Below, piece after piece: positions 58,886 through 64,000 of a stretch of DNA of 64,000 nt. The notes beneath the pieces were generated by a model. That model did no database searches. It was given only the letters and a program-made list of their open reading frames with translations, and was not told the DNA's origin. Within the stretch, counting starts at the first letter, position 1. The number at the start of each line of letters is the position of its first letter. Source of the DNA: Endomicrobiales bacterium. Lineage in GTDB: Bacteria; Elusimicrobiota; Endomicrobiia; Endomicrobiales; JALOBY01. Position numbers and translations under genes: made by a program. The DNA lies in assembly GCA_963796955.1 (NCBI GenBank), contig CAWCNJ010000008.1:480001-544000 (forward strand), written 5' to 3'.

Positions 58886-61662
58886 TCGGCGACGGCTTTC
58901 GTGCAGCGGCCGCACAGGCCGTGCTCACCGACATCGCTGATGTGGCGCCAGCAACGAACGCATTTCTTGAGCGGTGACGGTTCGCTGACCAGGACCTTTG
59001 TTTCAACCGCGTTTTTATCAACGACAATATCGAAGGTTCCCAGCGCGTAATGCAATTGTTCCATGTCTTTGTGAGAGAAATCCTCGTTACCGACTATGGC
59101 AACGCTCATACGGGCGTCCAGGTTGGAGCCGATCAGCTTTTCCCTGCGCAATATCTCATTCATGCCAAGGGCCTGTTCCCTCATCTGCATAAGCGTTTGC
59201 CAGCGGAGCAGTGATATCTCGGTATACAGGCGGCTTTCATCTGTCTTCGGGTAGTCCGCAAGGAATACGGAGAGGGGCAGCGAGGCATCCAGCTTTTTAA
59301 GCTCCTGCCAGGCCTCTTCAGCGGTGTGCGAAAGTATCGGCGCGCTCAGGCGTACCAGCACCGAGCAGATCTCCAGCAGCGCGGTTTGCGCGCTGCGCCG
59401 GGAGGGCCAGGTTTTTCCGTCGCAGTAAAGCGTATCTTTGAGCGCATCCAGATAAAATCCGCTCAGGTCGACCGTACAGAAACGGTTTATCGCCGTCGCC
59501 GCGCGATGGAACTCGTAAGTATCAAAGGCTTCGTTAACTTCTTTAATAAGCCCCTGCAACAGATGTAAGGCGTACCGGTCTATTTCACGCAGTTCGACGT
59601 ATTTAAGCGCATCTTTTGATGGGTCGAAGTCCGATATATTTCCAAGAAGAAAGCGTACGGTATTACGGATCTTGCGGTAAGAATCAGTCAGGCCTTTTAT
59701 GATCTCAGGCGATATGCGCATGTCCTCACGGTAATCGCTTGAAGCCGTCCACAGACGCAGGATATCCGCGCCGTACTGTTTTATAATTGCCTCGGGTGCT
59801 ACGACGTTACCCAGGGATTTAGACATCTTCTTGCCTTCACCGTCAACAAAGAAACCGTGTGTCAGCACCGTACGATACGGTGCTTTGCCGCGCAGGGCGA
59901 CAGACGGTAACAGCGAGGTCTGGAACCAGCCGCGGTGCTGATCGCTGCCTTCAAGGTACAGGTCCGCCGGCAATGATAGATCCGGAAAATTACCGCTCGC
60001 CAGAACAGCCTCGTAGGAAACGCCCGAGTCGAACCAGACGTCAAGAATATCTTCTTCCTTGCGGAGATTCGCGCTGCCGCATTTCGAGCATTTGATATTA
60101 AGGCCTGCGGCCAGTTCATTGGCGGTCTTTTCATACCAGATATCCACGCCATGGTCGGTAAACAACTGAACTATATGGCTGATCACCGTGTTATCCAGCA
60201 CCGGCTCACCGCAGTCTTCACAGTACAGCACCGGTACGGGAACGCCCCACAGGCGCTGGCGGCTCAGGCACCAGTCGGGCCGGTTCTCCACCATCGCGCC
60301 GATACGGTTGGCGCCGTAATCGGGTACCCATTTGACTTGTTTTACGGCCTCTATCAGGCGCTGGCGTAAATTATCATGCGTAACCGACATGAACCACTGA
60401 GGCGTAGCGCGGAAAATGATCGGCTTTTTGCAACGCCAGCAATGCGGGTAAGAATGAGTGAATTTATATTCATCGAGCAAGGCGCCGAGCGCTTTAAGTT
60501 TTTCAACGATCAAAGGCGTCGCGGCAAAAACCTTGGTGCCCTTCATGTCCGGATATTCATCGGTGTAGGCGCCGTAATGGTTGACCGGCGAGATGATGGG
60601 TAATTTATATTTCAAGGCAGCGATATAGTCTTCCTGTCCGTGGCCCGGCGCGATGTGAACCACACCCGAACCGTCTTCAAGCGTGACATAATCGGCAAGT
60701 ATACCGACGGATTCGCGCTCTACCAGCGGATTGGCGCAGCGGATTCCCTCCAGGTCTTTCCCTTTGAATTCTCCGACTACCGTATATTCTTTCGCGCCGA
60801 TCTTCTCAGCGATGACCGGCAGCAGCCGCTTTGCCAGAATAAGATTTTCGACATGGCCGTCTTGCGCCGTTATCAGGGCGTTGACATATTCGAAATCCGG
60901 GTGAAAAGCCAGGGCCACGTTCGCAGGGAGCGTCCAGGGAGTCGTCGTCCATATCAGCACGGAAGGCGCCGGTTCTGTTGCCAGCTTTAACGTTGTCGAA
61001 ACGACCTTGAATTTGACATACACAGAATGGGATACATGATCGGCATATTCCACTTCCGCTTCGGCAAGAGCGGTCTCGCAGGAGGGGCACCAGTAAACAG
61101 GCTTCTTCTGACGGTATATGTAGCCTGCTTTAGCCAGGTCGCCAAACACTTTCGCGATTATGCCTTCATACGTATGGTCTAACGTAAGGTACGGTTTTTC
61201 CCAATCGGCAAAGACGCCGAGGCGCTTGAACTCATCGCGCTGGATCGCCACGAATTTTTTGGCAAAATCCGCCGCCTGTTTGCGAAACTTAACTTTGTCA
61301 ACGCTGTTCTTGTCCAGCTTCATCTCTTTGAGCGCCGCCTGTTCTATAGGCAGGCCATGGCAGTCCCAGCCGGGCGTGTAGGGGGCGTCAAAACCCTTCA
61401 TGGACTTTTGTTTAACGATAAAGTCCTTCAATATTTTGTTGAGTGCGTGACCGAGGTGCAGATGACCGTTCGCGTAGGGAGGACCGTCGTGCAAAATGAA
61501 TTTCGCCGCCCCTTTTCTTGTCTTGCGGAGCTGGCCGTAAATATCTATGGATTCCCAAAATTTAATGAATTCAGGTTCTCTTTGCGGCAAGTTCGCCTTC
61601 ATGTCGAACCCGGTTACCGGCAGATTAACGGTCTTTGAATAATCTTTTTCTTCAGTTCCCAT
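58882..61662 (-). CDS. ileS: Isoleucine--tRNA ligase
   Basis: DGPPYANG.LHLGH, WCLSRQR, KMSKS, C-terminal zinc finger. Confidence 0.98.
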   Translation of the reverse strand: MGTEEKDYSKTVNLPVTGFDMKANLPQREPEFIKFWESIDIYGQLRKTRKGAAKFILHDGPPYANGHLHLGHALNKILKDFIVKQKSMKGFDAPYTPGWDCHGLPIEQAALKEMKLDKNSVDKVKFRKQAADFAKKFVAIQRDEFKRLGVFADWEKPYLTLDHTYEGIIAKVFGDLAKAGYIYRQKKPVYWCPSCETALAEAEVEYADHVSHSVYVKFKVVSTTLKLATEPAPSVLIWTTTPWTLPANVALAFHPDFEYVNALITAQDGHVENLILAKRLLPVIAEKIGAKEYTVVGEFKGKDLEGIRCANPLVERESVGILADYVTLEDGSGVVHIAPGHGQEDYIAALKYKLPIISPVNHYGAYTDEYPDMKGTKVFAATPLIVEKLKALGALLDEYKFTHSYPHCWRCKKPIIFRATPQWFMSVTHDNLRQRLIEAVKQVKWVPDYGANRIGAMVENRPDWCLSRQRLWGVPVPVLYCEDCGEPVLDNTVISHIVQLFTDHGVDIWYEKTANELAAGLNIKCSKCGSANLRKEEDILDVWFDSGVSYEAVLASGNFPDLSLPADLYLEGSDQHRGWFQTSLLPSVALRGKAPYRTVLTHGFFVDGEGKKMSKSLGNVVAPEAIIKQYGADILRLWTASSDYREDMRISPEIIKGLTDSYRKIRNTVRFLLGNISDFDPSKDALKYVELREIDRYALHLLQGLIKEVNEAFDTYEFHRAATAINRFCTVDLSGFYLDALKDTLYCDGKTWPSRRSAQTALLEICSVLVRLSAPILSHTAEEAWQELKKLDASLPLSVFLADYPKTDESRLYTEISLLRWQTLMQMREQALGMNEILRREKLIGSNLDARMSVAIVGNEDFSHKDMEQLHYALGTFDIVVDKNAVETKVLVSEPSPLKKCVRCWRHISDVGEHGLCGRCTKAVAE

Positions 61663-61664
61663 TT

Positions 61665-62693
61665 CTAATATTCCTTGCCCTTTATACGTTTAATTTGCTG
61701 CGGTTTAACGACGCCTTTTTCAGTGATGATCGCGGTGACCAGCTCTGCGGGCGTTACATCAAATGCGGGGTGGCGGGCGCAGGTCCCTTTGGGGGCGATA
61801 CGGTGGCCCTTAATAAAGATCACTTCTTCAGTGGAACGCTCTTCGATCTTTATGGCGCCGCCCTCAGGCGTATCAAGGTCTATCGTTGAAAGCGGGGCGG
61901 CAACATAGAACGGTATTTTGTGGTGGCGGGCGAGGATGGCAAGCGCGTACGTGCCGATCTTGTTAGCCACATCGCCGTTGCGCGCTATCCGGTCGGCTCC
62001 GACGATAATAGCGGTTATCCCGGCGGTTTTCATAAGATGGGCGGACATATTATCGCTTATCAGGCAATACGGTATTTTTTCCTGCTTCATTTCCCAGGCG
62101 GTAAGGCGGGCACCCTGCAAGTAAGGGCGGGTTTCGTCCACATACACCAGCTTGATCTTTTTCCGGTTATACGCAGACCTGATCACGCCAAGGGCCGTGC
62201 CATAGCCAGCCGTTGCAAGCGCCCCGGCGTTACAATGCGTAAGCACGACCGAGCCTTTCTTCAACAGTCTGGCACCGTAGCCGCCGATCAATTTGTTTAT
62301 CGCGATATCTTCTTCGTAAATGCGGGTCGCTTCGGCCAGCGCCAGAGGAGCAACAAGTTTAAGATCGGTTACCGGGGCGAGTATTTTGTCCATGCGGGAC
62401 AACGCCCAGAAAAGGTTCACTGCGGTGGGCCGTGTTGCCGCGAGCACGGATGAGGCTTGAGCGATATAATACTGCGCCTGGCCGATGGAGGTGAATTTTT
62501 TTTCTTTCGCAGCAAGAGCTATACCGAATGCAGCAGCCACACCTATAGCAGGCGCGCCGCGTATGTTCATTTCTTTTATCGTTTTGGCAACTTGAAGGTG
62601 ATCATGGCAGGCGATGTATTTAACGGTGTCAGGCAACAGTAGCTGGTCTAAAATGTAAACAACACCGTTTTTATAAAATAATGTTTTAACCAT
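61665..62693 (-). CDS. mtnA: S-methyl-5-thioribose-1-phosphate isomerase
   Basis: RGAPAIG, RPTAVNL, THCNAG, ETRP.LQG, NKIGT. Confidence 0.95.
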   Translation of the reverse strand: MVKTLFYKNGVVYILDQLLLPDTVKYIACHDHLQVAKTIKEMNIRGAPAIGVAAAFGIALAAKEKKFTSIGQAQYYIAQASSVLAATRPTAVNLFWALSRMDKILAPVTDLKLVAPLALAEATRIYEEDIAINKLIGGYGARLLKKGSVVLTHCNAGALATAGYGTALGVIRSAYNRKKIKLVYVDETRPYLQGARLTAWEMKQEKIPYCLISDNMSAHLMKTAGITAIIVGADRIARNGDVANKIGTYALAILARHHKIPFYVAAPLSTIDLDTPEGGAIKIEERSTEEVIFIKGHRIAPKGTCARHPAFDVTPAELVTAIITEKGVVKPQQIKRIKGKEY

Positions 62694-62700
62694 ATTTTTT

Positions 62701-62970
62701 CTAGGGGATAGTATCGAGAACTTCTTCCAGGTCTTCTTCCGAGCGGCCGCATATTTCTATGGTCTTTTCCCTGCCGCGTTCACCCTTGCGCAGAAGTACC
62801 ATTGTTTTTTTAACATCAAAGAACTCGGCCAGGTAGTAGCACAGTTCTTCGTTCGCCTTCCCTTCAACGGCGGGGGCGGATACTTTAACCCGAAGGATGG
62901 AGCCTATGCGCCCCACGACTTCGTTACGTTTTGCATTCGGTATAACCCGTACCTTTATGATCATTCCCAA
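62701..62970 (-). CDS. DUF167 (YggU-like) protein
   Basis: VRVIPNAK, APAVEGKAN, G..GREK. Confidence 0.9.
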   Translation of the reverse strand: MGMIIKVRVIPNAKRNEVVGRIGSILRVKVSAPAVEGKANEELCYYLAEFFDVKKTMVLLRKGERGREKTIEICGRSEEDLEEVLDTIP

Positions 62971-62986
62971 AATCCTCCCAGTTGAA

Positions 62987-63802
62987 TCACCGGCTCAGTT
63001 CACCAGCTCTTTTTTGCGCGCAAAGCACAGCATTGGTGAGAATATCTTCCAGCTCTGCCTTGTCCATATATGTTAATGCGGCTTCCGTCGTGCCGCCGGG
63101 AGATGTTACATTGCGCCGCAGCTCGGAGGCGGGTGTCGGCAAGTCGTGCAGCATCTTCCCTGCGCCGAAAACCGTACCACGGGCCAGCTGTGCGGCGACA
63201 TCGGGTTTTAATCCGAGCTTTCTTCCCGCGTTCTCAAGAATTTCAGCTATGCGAAAAATATAGGCCGGTCCCGAACCGGATATCGCGGTTACCGCGTTAA
63301 GGTCGGCTTCTTTCAGAACAACGGTTGCGGCGACCGGTGAAAATAGTGTCTGTGCCAGGCTCAGGTGTGCGGCGGTGGCATGCGTCCCGCGCGCCATGGC
63401 GATGATACCCGCCCCCACCAGGGCCGGCGTATTCGGCATGGTGCGTATCACGGGAACACCCTTAAGAAATTTTTCTATAAATTTTATGGTAACTCCCGCG
63501 GCTATTGAGATCACCAGCGCTCTTTTTTTGACCGAGGGCGCTATTTCCATAAGCAGGGTTTCCAGCTGCTGCGGTTTTACCGCCAGGACAATGATATCGG
63601 CACTCTTCAGCGCCTGGGTATTGTTCTCAATGGTAACGACACCGTATTTCCGCGAGATCTCAATGCAGCGTTCCACGCGCACGTCGGTGGCGATAACGCG
63701 CTGCTTGTGGAATAATTTGCTTTTGACAACACCGCTGATCAAGGCCTCGGCCATATTACCGGCGCCAAGGAAAACGATCGTCTTATTTATTTTTTTGTTC
63801 AT
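62987..63802 (-). CDS. proC: Pyrroline-5-carboxylate reductase
   Basis: [32 protein letters not shown]. Confidence 0.97.
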   Translation of the reverse strand: MNKKINKTIVFLGAGNMAEALISGVVKSKLFHKQRVIATDVRVERCIEISRKYGVVTIENNTQALKSADIIVLAVKPQQLETLLMEIAPSVKKRALVISIAAGVTIKFIEKFLKGVPVIRTMPNTPALVGAGIIAMARGTHATAAHLSLAQTLFSPVAATVVLKEADLNAVTAISGSGPAYIFRIAEILENAGRKLGLKPDVAAQLARGTVFGAGKMLHDLPTPASELRRNVTSPGGTTEAALTYMDKAELEDILTNAVLCAQKRAGELSR

Positions 63803-64000
63803 ACGTACACTCTTTCCCCGAACAATGCCGACCCTATGCGCACCATGGTTGAACCTTCTTCAACGGCTATGACATAATCGTCCGACATTCCCATCGACAG
63901 GATCTTCATTTCAGGATAACTGATCCGCGCTTCGTCAAAAAGTTGTCTGGCTTGTTTAAAATAGTGTCTTGAATCTTCGATCTTCTCAGTTAAAGGCGGA
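63799..64000 (-). CDS. yggS: YggS family PLP-binding protein (3' part only)
   Basis: Manual translation [31 protein letters not shown] overlaps proC ATG. Confidence 0.93.
   Translation of the reverse strand, partial: PPLTEKIEDSRHYFKQARQLFDEARISYPEMKILSMGMSDDYVIAVEEGSTMVRIGSALFGERVYV

Overview
A 64-kb bacterial chromosome segment of about 50% GC using the standard genetic code. Gene order and protein style suggest Elusimicrobiota (inference). It appears to straddle the replication terminus: all genes in 1-27858 are on +, nearly all in 28440-64000 are on -, and a dif-like site (28058-28085) sits in the AT-rich gap between them. The left arm holds a duplicated GldA/GldF/GldG-type ABC locus, a decayed toxin-antitoxin islet, hflX-pgsA-der-plsY-gpsA-HU-merR-tRNA-Pro, panD, a membrane glycosyltransferase, a perfect 95-bp structured tandem repeat ahead of tRNA-Pro(CGG), acyP, a sigma factor, apt, tRNA-Arg, and PHP-TPR-OM barrel-GH57. 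The right arm holds yggS-proC-yggU-mtnA-ileS-lspA-lgt-rluA, gmk-rpoZ-coaC-[TPM-NTase-lemA]-coaB-udg-priA, def-fmt-htpX-rsmB-rlmN, a hicBA plus antitoxin-RelE-Pycsar-effector-patatin islet, and psd-pssA-leuACDB-asd-chbG-truA. Several single-base frameshifts (priA, coaC and others) look like assembly indels. The best candidates for undescribed biology are the tandem structured element, the cyclase-less RelE/DUF5706/patatin unit, and the TPM-NTase-LemA cassette splitting coaC from coaB. All family assignments come from motif recognition by eye; no searches were run.
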